DNA of 64,000 nt from Narcine bancroftii (lineage: Eukaryota): assembly GCF_036971445.1 (NCBI RefSeq), contig NC_091481.1, positions 10,912,001 through 10,976,000 of the forward strand, written 5' to 3'. Under the pieces are notes generated by a model. The model searched no databases. It had not been told where the DNA came from and saw only the letters and a list, made by a program, of their open reading frames with translations. Positions 1 through 12,638 of this stretch are shown here, piece after piece. The number at the start of each line of letters is the position of its first letter. Position 1 is the stretch's first letter. Both the position numbers and the translations under genes were made by a program.

Positions 1-541
1 AAGTAGGATCTCAATTGGTAATATGCCAACACTGTATCTTGAGTTATATTGTATTTATCTTTCATTTGTTCAAAGGATAATAATCTATTTCCTGAAAAAC
101 AATTTTCTATTCTTTTCATCCCTTTTTTCTCCCATTCTCTAAAGGAAAGGTTATCTATTGTAAAAGGGAGTAACTTATTTTGCGTCAATATTAGTTTTGG
201 TAATTGATAATTTGTTTTATTTCTTTCTACATGAATCTTCTTCCAAATATTGAGTAGATGATGTAATACTGGAGAACTTCTATGTTGTACCAATTTTTCA
301 TCCCATTTATATAATATGTGTTCAGGTATCTTTTCCCCTATTTTATCTAATTCTAATCTAGTCCAATCTGGCTTTTCCCTTGTTTGATAAAAATCTGATA
401 GGTATCTTAATTGTGCGGCTCTATAATAATTTTTAAAGTTTGGCAGTTGTAAGCCTCCTTATTTATACCATTCTGTTAATTTATCTAGTGCTATCCTCGA
501 TTTCCCCCCTTTCCATAAAAATTTCCTTATTATTTTCTTGG
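1..541 (-). mobile_element. L1/Tx1-like LINE ORF2 fragment
   Basis: Reverse complement matches about 15510-16060 of the large L1 copy in this window. Confidence 0.8.
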
Positions 542-944
542 AGGCAGATTCAATGGCAGTATAGAGCAGTGAGCCAGGTAACTATCAGAAAAGAAAGAAT
601 TCACAAGACTATAGGGAGAAGTTGCGTCAGCTGGAGCCAAGTGGCCTTCAAGGCTCTAATTGCTGTGACTTGATTTTGGATCAATTGTGGCCAATAAGAT
701 CCTGACTGATCCGAGCAAAAGCTAGGGTTTCAGTGACATTGCTGGAGACTATGGAAGGCACTAACTCAAGAAGGTAGCCAACATTGTGAAGGATTCCCAC
801 CCTGTTCACAATCTCCTCTCACTTATATCTATAGGCAAAAGATAAAGAAGCCTGAAATGCACATTGAGGTTCAAGTGCAGTCTTTATTCTCCAACAACGA
901 TCAAGCTCTTGAACCTCCCCAAGGGACCTGGGAGTCCCCATGCA

Positions 945-1572
945 GGAGAGCCTGAAGTAAACTTGCACGTTGAGACGGTGGTGAAGAAGGCAAATGCAAT
1001 GCTGGCATTCATTTCAAAAGGATTAGAATCGAAGAGCAGGGATGTGATGTTGAGAAAGGATGTGCTGACTTTGAAGTGGGTTCAAAAGAGGTTCACAAAG
1101 ATGATCCTGGGAATTAAAGAGTTATCATATGAGGAGCATTTTGATAGTTCTTGGCCTATATTTATTGAAATTTAGAAGAACGAGTGGGGAATCTCGGACA
1201 TTTTGAATGTTGAAAGGTATGGACAGAATAGATGCAAAAAGGTTGTTTTTCCATGGTGGGAGAATCTAGGAAGGGCAAGATGGCACAACTTCAGGATTGA
1301 AAGGCATCCACTTATAACAGAGATGTGTCGGTATTTCTTTAGCCATGTGTAGGTATTTCTTTAAATCTGTGGAGTTTGTTGCCACAGGCCAGGTTATTGG
1401 GTATATTTAAAACAGAGATTGATAGGTTCTTGATTAGCCAGGGCATCAAAGGTTATGGGGAGAAGGCCGGGCAGTGGGGCTGTATGTGTAAATGGATCAG
1501 CTCATGAATGAATGGTGGGGCAGACTCGATGGGCTGAATAGCCTATTTCTACTCCTATGTCTTATGGTCTTA
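945..1572 (+). mobile_element. CR1/HER1-type LINE 3' fragment, nested in a Rex1/Babar-like remnant (about 755-1845)
   Basis: VVKKANAMLAFI...WVQKRFTKMI...SYEE translation; 3' tail cctatgtcttatggtctta. Confidence 0.75.
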
Positions 1573-2329
1573 ACTATAAACTACTATGAGATCACCAAAA
1601 GTTATCTATAAACTACTCTGAGACCACCAAAAGATCTATCTGCAATATTGAAACACAAGTTTTTTTTAAATTATTGCACTAACTGCAACTGTGAATATTT
1701 ATCCTTTTAAATATATTATCTCATTTTCTGTCAATGCATATGATGGTAATTTAGTTTATTCTATTGTAGTTGCGTAGCTGTTTGCCAGCAGTAAGAAAGA
1801 ATTTTGGTGTATCTTTACATTATACTCGTGTACATGATGATAAACAATGAACTGATGGAGGAACCCAGTAAAGGATCCCAAATCAAAACATTGACTGACC
1901 ATTTCTCCCCATGGATGCCGTCTGACCCAGTGAGTTCTTCTGCAAGTTCCTTGTTCTAAGAACGTTTACTATCCTCAATAGAAAGCCAGAAACACGCCAG
2001 CCAACAGAAGCACTATGCAGAAGCTCATCGTGAAATAATCACGTTATGAATTTAGTGGCAGAGAGGCAATTATATTCGGATAGTACTGGAAGTTACATTT
2101 ACATTTGTGCAGATTTTCTGCTGACATCCAAAACAAAAAGTATCCCTCAATGCAAAGTTGCACACCAGGAAACTTGCCAATGAATGGTGACTTAAGGTTA
2201 TCGGAAAACTCCCATCATTCTCCATTAGGATACAATATCATAAAATATTGCAAATAATTAGCAGATTGGTCAGACAGGAAGAGTTAACAATGAGGTCCAG
2301 GGAACCAGGATACTGCAACAGGCACACCT

Positions 2330-3120
2330 GGAACAACAAGTTGCTGTGGGAATCACTGGAACAGAGCAAGAGGTCAAAAGCAGTGGTCAGTGACAGACAA
2401 CTAGAAGCTCAAGGTCACCAGTGCTAATTGAATGGGGAAGTTCTGGAAATGAATCACCCAATCTTCATCTGTTTCTCCAATGTAGAGTAGAGCAAATTGC
2501 AAGCATCAAATGAAATGCAAAAAAAAAAAAAATTTAGAAATTCTTCTCCTGAGTAAAGGAGAAGAAAAAGGAAAGCTCAGTCCTTGCTCTGGATGGAAGG
2601 AGGTGGTGAGAGAATAGTACAGTAGTCATGTTAAAGAAAACAAAGTTCATCACAAGAGCACTGAGGAAATCGACATCACCAGAATGGATATGATGGAGCA
2701 AGCACGAGAGTCGTCATCAACAAAATAGCCACAGAGTTCATGGACTTCTCGTGGACGTTAGGCACTAACCTAACCCAAGGTGGAGATAGAGAAATTAGGA
2801 GAGCAGTTTGGAAACTGATAGCAAAAGCAAATGAAATGGTCAGATTCTGTATGAAAGCAGCAAGTAGCTCCCATAGAGTTGTCAATGTACTGGGAAAATA
2901 GTTCAGGGGACCAAAGTACAAGCATCCCACCATCAGATAGGCACTGATTCAGCCCATGTGGGTTTCTGTGGCAGAGGGTTTGATATACCATCCATGCTCA
3001 GATTTCCTGCTTCAGATCCAGCCATTAAAGTGTCATAATTACACAGTGTTCTCGTCTTCCCTTTCAGCATTCCAAAAGGGTTCATTCCCTCCACAGCTTG
3101 GTTCACTCTTCCATCTCCAT
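2330..3120 (-). mobile_element. Penelope-like element remnant (degenerate RT region)
   Basis: Decayed PELFSQYIDNSMGATCC resembles the PLE RT LFLRYIDD motif. Confidence 0.55.
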
Positions 3121-3622
3121 CACCACCAACTCCCTTCCTCTTAACATCTTCCCTGATACTAGCCTTTTTATCAGAACCTTCCCTCCATGTGCCATCCCTC
3201 AGTTCCCCACCTGCTCTGACCTTATTCAACTCCTATTCACATCTCCTGCATCCAGATCTACATTACAAAACCACCACCATACTCAATTTCAACCTTATCA
3301 CTGACATTTCCTCTCATTTATCAATGATTTAAGATGCTCAGTGCCATCCTCTGGAGAAAGGGACAAGGATTTAAACTTTAACTGGTTCTCCACAGGTGCT
3401 GCCTGACCTATAGTACTAGATATTTTGAACGTGATCAATTTCAAATTTCCAAAACCCGCAGTTTTTTTAAAAACCAAAACTTTGCACATTTAGATCATGT
3501 TACGATGCTCCTGTGAAAGCCCCTTAATTTGCCTCAAGTTTGAAATCTTAATGTGTACAGTATGTTCTGATTGACAACACAGTAAGGAATTCTGTGCAGT
3601 TCCAGCAAAATAAAAACTTTAC

Positions 3623-3808
3623 CCTCTTGGACTGTCTGATCTGAAGCTGCTCAGGAGGGATTAGTAGAATGTTTGTGATGGCTCTTCCATTTAGCTTGGC
3701 TATTGGAATGGTGACAACCAAAATCCAGGCAATGAAGGAAGCCAGGCCGTGAGCAAGTGCCAGAAGTGGATACCCCAGGAAAATCCAAACATAGGTGCGA
3801 GGACGGCG
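3623..3808 (-). CDS. cax1: cax1-like exon 9 (RRPRTYVWIFLGYPLL...IPIAKLN...QSKR)
   Basis: gttttcag acceptor, GTAAAG donor, 186 nt, hydrophobic helices with IP-AK-N motif. Confidence 0.9.
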
Positions 3809-4246
3809 CTGAAAACAAATCAAAATTATTGTTAATTTGTCAAGTAACCCATTTCTACTTTCACTACAAAACTGTACGTTCCTTCATAAAAAAGGGGAAA
3901 GTTAAGACATGGCAAACCACACTAATAGTTTCAGACACATTCTGAAACTCTAGGGATGCATACAGTCATGACGTCAGCCAAATCTCACTTCCAGTAAGCC
4001 AGCAAACAAAATCATTCAGCTGCATATCAAGGCCAAGGTTTGACGAGGACCAGTTGAATACATGACACGTGGCCAAGGAAAATCGTCACAGCCCATCATT
4101 TAAATAAGCCAGTATTTCCTCAAGAGGCAACAGGGCAAATTATCAATCTTGAAAATAAAATGATACAAAGATTTGAACAATCCTTTTATTCTGTAGCAGC
4201 AGACACATCTATCAAGGTGCAAAGCTGCCAGATGACTAACAAGTTA

Positions 4247-4608
4247 CAGGTGATCCTCAACTTACGAGGGGAGGGGAGGGGGGGTTTTACATTCCGATAA
4301 AGAATAACGCAGCTACCATTTTTTATAATTATATTTTGAATACCTTTATTCTCCACTGAAAAAAACCACTGACGTACACAGCTGAAAGCCCAATGAGCAT
4401 GAAGAATGTTTGATGCATTGAGACTGAGTGTGATTGAGTTAGCATCGCAAGAGAGTCTGCTGTACAATCGCCCAGCATGACACAAGAGTAGTGTACTGCA
4501 CGTCGCAAACGTAGAAACAGATCAGAATTTGAAATTGAAAGTACGAATTTGAACCATCGTAACTTTGAAAAATCATAAGCCTGACTGTCGTAAGTAGGGG
4601 AGCACTTG
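4247..4608. mobile_element. Tigger/Tc1-mariner non-autonomous element (MITE)
   Basis: TA|CAGGTGATCCTCAACTTACGA ... TCGTAAGTAGGGGAGCACTTG|TA: imperfect TIRs with TA target duplication. Confidence 0.75.
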
Positions 4609-5177
4609 TACACTAATACAACAATTGCCATGCAAGGAACCCCCCAATGTGCAAAATATTCAGGAGACTAAGGAAGCAGCAACCAAGTTCCCCCATGGCT
4701 TGAAGTTCAGAAGCGGTAGTATTTCAGTATAGATAATTTAGTTGGAGAATACATTCTCAGCTATCACAATTTGAAGCATTTCTCCAAACTGCACTGCATA
4801 ATTGATTCAGTCACTCTCTTCATATCTCCTGGCAATAACCAAGCCACCAATCCTTTCACTTTGGAGAAGTGCACCACTTGACAAGGTCTCATTAAATGTG
4901 TCCATTCACAGCAGCCTACATCTTATGTTGCGCCATTGATCACAAGGGTTGTGGGTTTCAGGGGAGCAGCACAGGGCACCGCATCCAGAGTTTTTAAGCT
5001 GCGTGAGTGATCAGCATCCTCTCTGAGCTTGACTTAAAGACAAGCTCACATGAAGTTACACACATTTCTACATTTTCCATTCAACATTTTAAATCTTCAT
5101 TCCTATCCAAGTGTGGAACAAGCTATTGTACACATTAAAATGTTTAAAATAAGGAAAGCGTTCTATGGACAGCCTAC

Positions 5178-5327
5178 CCAGTATTTCATTTCCACTGATG
5201 GTGTCTCTGCTGGAGTGTGCTCCTGACTTCCTGTGGCACCAAGTAGTGATGTTGTTTCCCCTGCAGTCGCCTCAGGAATGTTCTCACCATAAAATTGCAC
5301 ACTGCTTTTCCTCCGAGTAACAAATAG
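5178..5327 (-). CDS. cax1: cax1-like exon 8 (cytosolic loop, ...GETTSLLG...MKYW)
   Basis: Polypyrimidine ccttttcaaag acceptor (an in-frame upstream CAG is an alternative), TGG|GTAGGC donor, 150 nt phase 0-0. Confidence 0.75.
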
Positions 5328-6704
5328 CTTTGAAAAGGAAACAAGGTGCTGAGAAACTATTTTGGTGAAGGCGGGGGGTAGAAATTGTAAAAGTGCAGTT
5401 GACTGCAATCTTGCTCAAAGTGCACCAATATTCTGAAACAGGGAATGATGATCTGGTAACAGTTACAGACAAAACATTTTTTTTTTAAAAAACTCCACTG
5501 ATTTATCATGGCAAAGTGTTGCAAGGCATTTGACCTTTACCCAAGTTAGCAGCCAGTGAAAGCATTAGGTCAGAAGACTCAGCGAGATAAGTTTTATGGG
5601 GTCTTTCAACATGCAAGTTCATTTCAGATCCACTGCAGCACTTCCTACCATTTATTATACTTTCCTGAAGAGTACTCTTCCCATCTACAGGGCTGGGACA
5701 GGACATCATTTTGGTGAAGGGGTGGCATTACAATTCCCAGTTTTAGTGCCCACCTTTGTGTTTTCATGCAGGGGGTGGGGGACTGCAGCAGCCTTCTCAG
5801 CATGCACACAATTCTTCGCTTAGCTGCACAGTAAGTTGCAATCACTAAGACAGAAGAAGTGCCTGACAAGTGCAAATTAATGCTTGTCGACTTTTACTTC
5901 CAGTAAAGTCTTGTGCACAGTATTTTAATGTTCAAGGTTTCTTCATAATCATGTACGCAAAATTTGTTTGCCCTGAAAGGCAAACTAAGAGCCATCACTA
6001 GCCCAGGGCCCCTACCAAGAAGGGAAAACAGCAAGAGTGCCTTCAGAGAACATGTCCATGGATTCACCATCTCCTCTATCATGACCGCCTCCTGTGTCCC
6101 CATAACCTCTGCAGCCACATGGCTTCTCCACCATTCCTAGAGTGGACCAGTTCCAGGCATCCATCCTCGGCCCCAGTTCCAAAATCCTGATATAGTCAGG
6201 AACTATTAATGTCCGAGCACCTTCAGGAGCCCTCCTGGCATGAGCACCTTCACGGATTCAGGCCTCGATACCTGGGGCACACAAGTACAGGCTTTTGACA
6301 CTGGTCCACTGTTGTCGTCCCCTGCAGGGTCTTCTCCTTGCCTGCACGAGGGGAAGGGGTGGGAATATTCTTGCCCTCTAGTTCTAAACCTTTGCCCAAG
6401 AGTACAATTCTATCCCCGTCAATCTATATAAATTCATCCCTCAGCCTCCAATGTTCCAACGAGAATAAATCCCAATGTATCCCTCTGCAAATATTGTTCT
6501 TGTTCCAGGTAACACTCAGATGAATCTCTTCTGCACTCCACTGTACACAGAACTCACTGCACTCAACAAAATTGCACACTGCAGTCTAACCACGTTTTGC
6601 ACATTGTTTTAATCAAAGATCAACTCGCTTCATTTTTGTAAGCATGAGACCCTCAGGATTGTTCTCTGAAAAGTCAAGCAACTTGCCACAGGGAGTACAC
6701 TTAC

Positions 6705-6766
6705 CTTCTGAATTACCTTCCCAAATGGCCAGAAATAATATCCAGCGAGATTCCAGCACAATTTTC
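6705..6766 (-). CDS. cax1: cax1-like exon 7 (GKLCWNLAGYYFWPFGKVIQK)
   Basis: ctag acceptor, AAG|GTAAGT donor, 62 nt, WPFG motif closing the YccF repeat. Confidence 0.9.
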
Positions 6767-7904
6767 CTAGACGACAAACAAAAGACATGCATTACTAAAA
6801 GCAGAGGACCCAAGCATCAAGGAGGTGGGGAAGGGAGATGGATATGGAAGAGAGAAAAAAGTTTGATATCCCAAATGTTCAAACTAGCCCAAAACTCATT
6901 TAAATCTTCCATCAAGAAATCCTTCCCACACAAAATAGATTTTCAGGTGGTGATTGCATACATTTCCTCTAGAACTCAAGAAGCTGTTGGGTATTTGAAC
7001 CACTAGTCAGGGAGGAGGCAGGTGCACATGCTAGAAAATGTATGCTTTCACTTCAAATACACCATGATGCAACAGGACCTTGATCTGTTTTTTTTTAAAT
7101 CAAATAAATATAACTGTAATAAAGAACATGATTAAATCTAAAGACAGAGGAGGAAATCCTTTCAAATTAGTTAAGAGGCTACAGGACATGCACTTTGCCC
7201 TTTGCAGATGACACCAATCTACAATTTACTGGAGTGGGATACAAGTCAAACATAATACTGTATGAAACAAACCCAAAAATCAAGCAAGGGCAACTCTATG
7301 ATCACAGAATTAAAAATCGAGGCTCATCGACTATAATTAGGAACAAAACCAGAGAAAGAGGAACAGTCGTTCAGAGTGGGGTTTTTTAAAAAAGGAACAA
7401 GAGTCTTCTTGTTGCAGTCAGTTACTTAAACCAAATTTCAACTGCAGCAAGATTGCAACAAAGATAAAATGGGATTGTAAGAATTGACCGCTTTCAAAAC
7501 TCATCTTCTAAATCGACAATTAAATCTCAGCCACAGAGAGTGGAAAACAGGACCACTCCAGAGGACTTGACAGACCATTACCTTACTTGAGACTTAAAAC
7601 TGTGCCGGGGTGAGGGTGGTTGCAACATTTCAAAACCAACTGTGGAATCAAATACCAAACAAGCATTCTTTTCATAATCTGGACGTAATGGATCAGATGG
7701 CAGGAACGTCTTGTGTTGCATCCCACATGGAAAGCAGGATGACTTTCCATGTACAAAAGGATCAAAGATTTATTTGTTGATGTGCTAAACAGAGGTGGTG
7801 CTTCCCAAAGATGAACAAAAGCAAGGAACAACATCACCATCTAACTCAAGAAAGGCCTAGAAGATCAAAAACCTCCCTTTTTAAAAAAAAACAAGGGGCA
7901 CAGG

Positions 7905-8170
7905 CAAAATTAAATTTTAAAAATTAAACATACAGCACTGTACTGTAACAGGCCAAATTCTGCCTGATGAGTTTGTGGTGCCCATTTTAACCCCATTAAT
8001 TTTTCAAACCTTTTAAACAGTGAGAGGAAACCAGAGCCCCCAGAGGAAACCCATGCAGACACAGGGAGAACATACAAACTCCTTACAGACTGCACTGGAT
8101 TCAACCCCAGATCCGGTCCCAATCACTGGCACTGTAAAGGGATTGCGTTAACTGCTACGCCAACTGTGCC
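7905..8170 (-). mobile_element. tRNA-derived SINE (HE1-like)
   Basis: tRNA-like head with B-box-like motif and TCTGCATGGGTTTCCTC core; related copies at 34965, 43420 and 57345. Confidence 0.75.
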
Positions 8171-8780
8171 ACCATGCTTGGAGGAAAACTAGTTCCTTGT
8201 AGTTCAGTATGAAATCTTTACAAGACAGGAGTGTGGAACGGGTTCCATTCCAAAGTGGTGAATACAGGCTCAATTTTAACATTTAAGAAGAATTTGGACA
8301 GGTGCGTGGATGGGAGGGGTATGGAGGGCTATTGATGGCGTGGAGATCAGTAGGATTACGTAGAATAATAGTTTGGCATGAACTAGAAGATCTGAAACGC
8401 CTGTTTCTGTGCTGTAATGTTCTATGGTTCTAGATAATATGGACAAGTAACACCAGAAGTTCAAGAATTACAAGTAATTAGTATGCAACTAAAAGTTTTT
8501 GTTAAAGTTAACCAATTGAATATATTTTTGCAAGGAAATCAATTCATTAAGTTATTTTCTATAGGATTATAAACTCCTTTATCATGACTAGAACTTGTGC
8601 AAGACAAAAATATCTATTTTTCTATTAACAATTTACTTTTCAAAATGAGACAATTTACCATCTGGCGATGTTTAATAAAAATACATGGGTAGAAAACCAT
8701 CAAACTCAGTACCACCCCTCCCTCAAGACCAAATTAGTACTACTGCTGCAGTTAAATGCTCAACACACTCCTGTACCTAC

Positions 8781-8897
8781 CATAAGGAATTCCTACAATG
8801 GTAACGAACATAATTAGAGCAATTAGAAGGTACAGCAGGGCAATCCACCAGCCAAACAGCAATACATACAACACGTTGTCACAGGTAACTAGTGTTC
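8781..8897 (-). CDS. cax1: cax1-like exon 6, YccF-like transmembrane segment
   Basis: tttcag acceptor, GTAGGT donor, 117 nt, NVLYVLLFGWWIALLYLL...IVGIPY. Confidence 0.92.
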
Positions 8898-9083
8898 CTG
8901 AAAGATAAATGCATAAATTACAACAGGGTATAGGATATCGCGGCACCTTTTTTTGAGTTCATTCCATCTTCAGGTGAGGAAACTTGTTGAACTAAAAAAG
9001 GATTCACTAACGTACCTCCAGTAATACGTAACAAATCAGCACCAAGATGCATAGTCTAAACAAGAACTGACAGGTCTTCTTAA

Positions 9084-9277
9084 GATGAATCTGGAATTAT
9101 AACTTGGCAGATAAAAATTGGCATCTGGGCACAAGACAAAAATTGAAAGGTCTAAATTTCCCAAGGTCAACAGTTGAAGAAGTTACGAGTTCACAATGAA
9201 ATAAAAATTGTGAAAATGCACAGCAGCGGGCAAAATAATGCTCATTTTATCTGCCAAGTTATAATTCTGGATTCATC
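9084..9277. mobile_element. Small MITE with about 32-bp terminal inverted repeats (Kolobok-like, TTAA on the left)
   Basis: GATGAATCTGGAATTATAACTTGGCAGATAAAA ... TTTTATCTGCCAAGTTATAATTCTGGATTCATC. Confidence 0.6.
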
Positions 9278-9848
9278 CTTTTGTTGGAACATGTCCCAAA
9301 GCACTCAAAGAGTCAATCTATGCCACTTCATGTGATGTGGGCTGGGTTAGCATATTTAATCTTGGCAAATTTGAATGTTATCACTTCAGATTCAATTTCT
9401 CCTCTTATGTGGTTACCATTCTTCCACTATTTTTAATGGGATAAAATTATTGGCTTTTAACCCAAACCCAATGACAGACTACTTGCACAAATTATGATCC
9501 CAAGTTCTAAGGTCATGAGCCAAGAAAAAGTTCCTGAACCTCCAAGTCCACAGAATTTTGCACATTTTAATGCCAAAGAACATGGCCCCATTCCACTCAC
9601 CCTCATCACACGACAATTTGCTGTCATAAGCATTTAACAATTTTGAAACACAAACTTTCTGTATTTGTATGGACTGTGATGCCCTATTTACTATTACCCA
9701 AAATTCCTTTCCCCTGCTCCCCATTAATACCCTGCTTATAACAGAGGGGACATGGAAAAATATTCCAAAACAGATCTTACCCAATTTCCACTCAATACTT
9801 TATCAACTGCAAAGAATGAAAATGCTAAAATATTTATTGTCATATTAC

Positions 9849-9954
9849 CTGGGTATTTGATGACATTGAGATCCGAATACAGCTCTTTCACGATTGCAGA
9901 CCGATCTTCCCAGGGCCTCTGAGTCACATGACTTTTCCATTTCTTAAACCCAAA
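9849..9954 (-). CDS. cax1: cax1-like exon 5 (FGFKKWKSHVTQRPWEDRSAIVKELYSDLNVIKYP)
   Basis: ttttgcag acceptor, CAG|GTAATA donor, 106 nt, conserved CAX motif. Confidence 0.92.
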
Positions 9955-10239
9955 CTGCAAAAGTTATAAAACCAGATTGCCACAAAAATTAGGTATACCA
10001 GGTACAATGCAATATTATGCACCAATTATAAATTCCTGCTTTAGGTTATAGGGGGTGGGGGAAGGGGGAAAAATGAAAATGTCACTGGGTATAGATTATT
10101 TGTACATATCGTTACTGATGTGGTTCACGGTAAAGTATTAAATAAAAATATATTTTTTTAAAATTATACCTTACACCGCAAAAATTACACAGTTTAAAAT
10201 CTGAAATTACGAACTTGTGTTTTAGGTGTAGTATCGATG

Positions 10240-10845
10240 TTGGTTTATACATTCAACCTGGTGATGCAGATCCCTTTGGTATGACTTGGCAGAAATTCTG
10301 ACAAAAATTATAAAAGTGGGTTTTCCATTGGAACCAGAACTGTATTTACTGAGCAACCTTATGGTTATTGGCACAAAACTAACAAAATACAGTTCATGAG
10401 GATTGCCCTAGTGGTAGCCAGGAGAAATATTGCTGTTACATGGAAGTCCGACTCCACCCTACTTATTACTCACTGGAATATGGAAATGCAAAGTTGTGCC
10501 CCCTGGAAAAGATATAATTTTAGAAAGAAATATGATGTGTTTAGTAAAATATAGCAACCTTATTTGAATTATACTGGCTTAAGGATATAATTAACTTTCC
10601 CAAAAAGTTTTAAATAATATAGTTAGGTTAATAGTGTTGAATTCCTGAATATCAAAATATGGACTAATTAATGAAGGCTCAAAAAACCCTCTCTTTTGGA
10701 GAATTTTTTTTTAATGTTAGTTGTGGGGGGCAGGATGAGATTTGGGTAATCAGATGAGTCTCTGTAATTTTAAAATATTATTTATATGATGTATGTAATA
10801 ATGTTTTATACAAGTCTTGGAAAAAATTTTTTTTTAAAAATAAGA
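10240..10845 (+). mobile_element. Old L1-like 3' fragment
   Basis: Decayed end-of-ORF2 motifs (ARRNIAVTWKS, ...PLEK) followed by an AT-rich tail. Confidence 0.5.
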
Positions 10846-11299
10846 TGTATACCACTACAACTTTTTTGTTAAATCCTTTCCCCAGTTCTTACAGAGCAAC
10901 AAGACAAAACTAACAATTAGTCAGATAAAATTCTTTGTATAGGAAAGTGATAATGATGTTCTGGTAGAAACTCTGGCCCTCAACTGTTAAACTCTCACCC
11001 TTCTGTGAACAGAATGCTTTACAAAAATAACTGGTTTCTCGATGCATTTTCTTTGCTTTGGAATCCTACACAATACATCTTACCTACATTATCCAAGTTT
11101 CTGCAAGTAAAATCAGAGAACAGAAATTTACAGGCCCTATGGCCCACACTGTTGTACCAACCTAATAACCTACTCCAACAACTGCCTAGAATTTCCCTAG
11201 CTACATTTGGCAGTAGAAATGGCTTTGAGGAGAAGAAATTGTCAGTCACATTAATCGCTGACTTTAGAATTTATTTCAATTATACATGGCATTAAAACA

Positions 11300-11952
11300 C
11301 AGTAAAATCCCTGGTATTTGGCACCCACAAGGATTGAAGATGTCAGATATGCAAATTTTATGGTTGCCTGAGACACTCTTAAAATGCCTAATTAATACAC
11401 CTGCATTAAGAATACACCGTTTAAACGACAGTGCAAAATATAAAGTAATTTGAAAAAATGTATTGTACAACTTAATTATGTAAAGTTTATTTTAATCAGG
11501 TAATTACCATATCTTACAAAATTTAATTTTGAACTGCAGTTGCTGGTGCTGTAACAGCATTATGCTAATTGCTATGCTAATTGTCTCCCTGTCATAATTA
11601 AACTCCACCCCCATACTCAATACTACTTTCACTAGCCAGGAATAGGGAGACACTTTGGCATCAGACGGCTCCTCATCCAGGGCACCACCAGTGTCCCAGT
11701 GGCATCAGACGGCTCCTCATCCAGGGCACCACCATTTTATTCCAACAGTTGCTGTGGGCAGGGCACGACCTGGGCATCCCGCTGGCCGAATGTTTGCTCC
11801 CACCTTCACCAAAGGTTTGTGTGTTGTTTTGGAGAATATTTACATTTTAAACTTTAATTTAAATGTCATTTATTTATTGATTTCCTCTGGGTCTTTTCCC
11901 TGTTGGTTGGGGTTGCCAGTTGCTTGAATTCCAGATACTGGGGATTTAACTG
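11300..11952. mobile_element. Tigger-like non-autonomous DNA transposon with an internal direct duplication of about 35 bp
   Basis: CAGTAAAATCCCTGGTATTTGG ... CCAGATACTGGGATTTAACTG TIRs; TGGCATCAGACGGCTCCTCATCCAGGGCACCACCA at 11656 and 11700. Confidence 0.6.
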
Positions 11953-12449
11953 TTCATCTTAATCCCAAACTCATGGTAGTCCACTTAAATTTTCCTACAT
12001 TAGCTGTCACCAGCAAGGTAATAAAGTACTTTAAAACTGCAGGAGATATTGTACTAAACTCCCATCAATAACTAGATGAACTTTTAAACCTAAAGAGGAT
12101 GAGCTCATTTGCTTTAAAAGCTTGGATATTTGGCCGAGAGGCCAGCAGCACGTGGATGTTCAGCTGACTCTCCTCATCCACTAAAATAGGAAAAAGCAAA
12201 GCTACAAAGCAAACCAATCTTTCTAGTGGCAGTCAGTCAATTATTCAACCCACTGTAGGAATATACAGCCAAAAGCAGAGGAGGCAACCTCATTCATGTT
12301 GGTTCTCTGAACGACCTATCTAGTTTCATCACGTCCTGCATTTTCCACATAACATAGACATGCTTTAGAAACAGAATGAAATTCCACCCCTCTCGAGTGA
12401 CAGATTCAAGATCTTAACCACACTTCGTCGTTTGTCTTCAAGACTCATA

Positions 12450-12638
12450 CTGTAAAAACAAGGCAAAGGAGGAAAAACCCAACACCCAACCCCAACCAAC
12501 CAATTTTCCCCTGCAACCACTGCAATTGTGTCTGCCTGTCCCGCATCGGACTTGTCAGCCACAAACGAGCCTGCAGCTGACGTGGACTTTTTACCCCCTC
12601 CATAAATCTTCGTCCGCGAAGCCAAGCCAAAGAAAGAG
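12450..12638 (+). mobile_element. RTE (BovB-like) LINE 3' end
   Basis: Matches copies at 32043-32715 and 33437-33720; ends cttcgtccgcgaagccaagccaaagaaaga. Confidence 0.8.

Noticed and set aside
542-3622. cax1 exon 10
   Set aside because: No segment encoding the expected next conserved block was found; the region is mostly TE remnants, so the exon probably lies outside the window.
7905-8170. tRNA gene
   Set aside because: It is a degenerate tRNA-like SINE head with a SINE body and several dispersed copies; no full cloverleaf.
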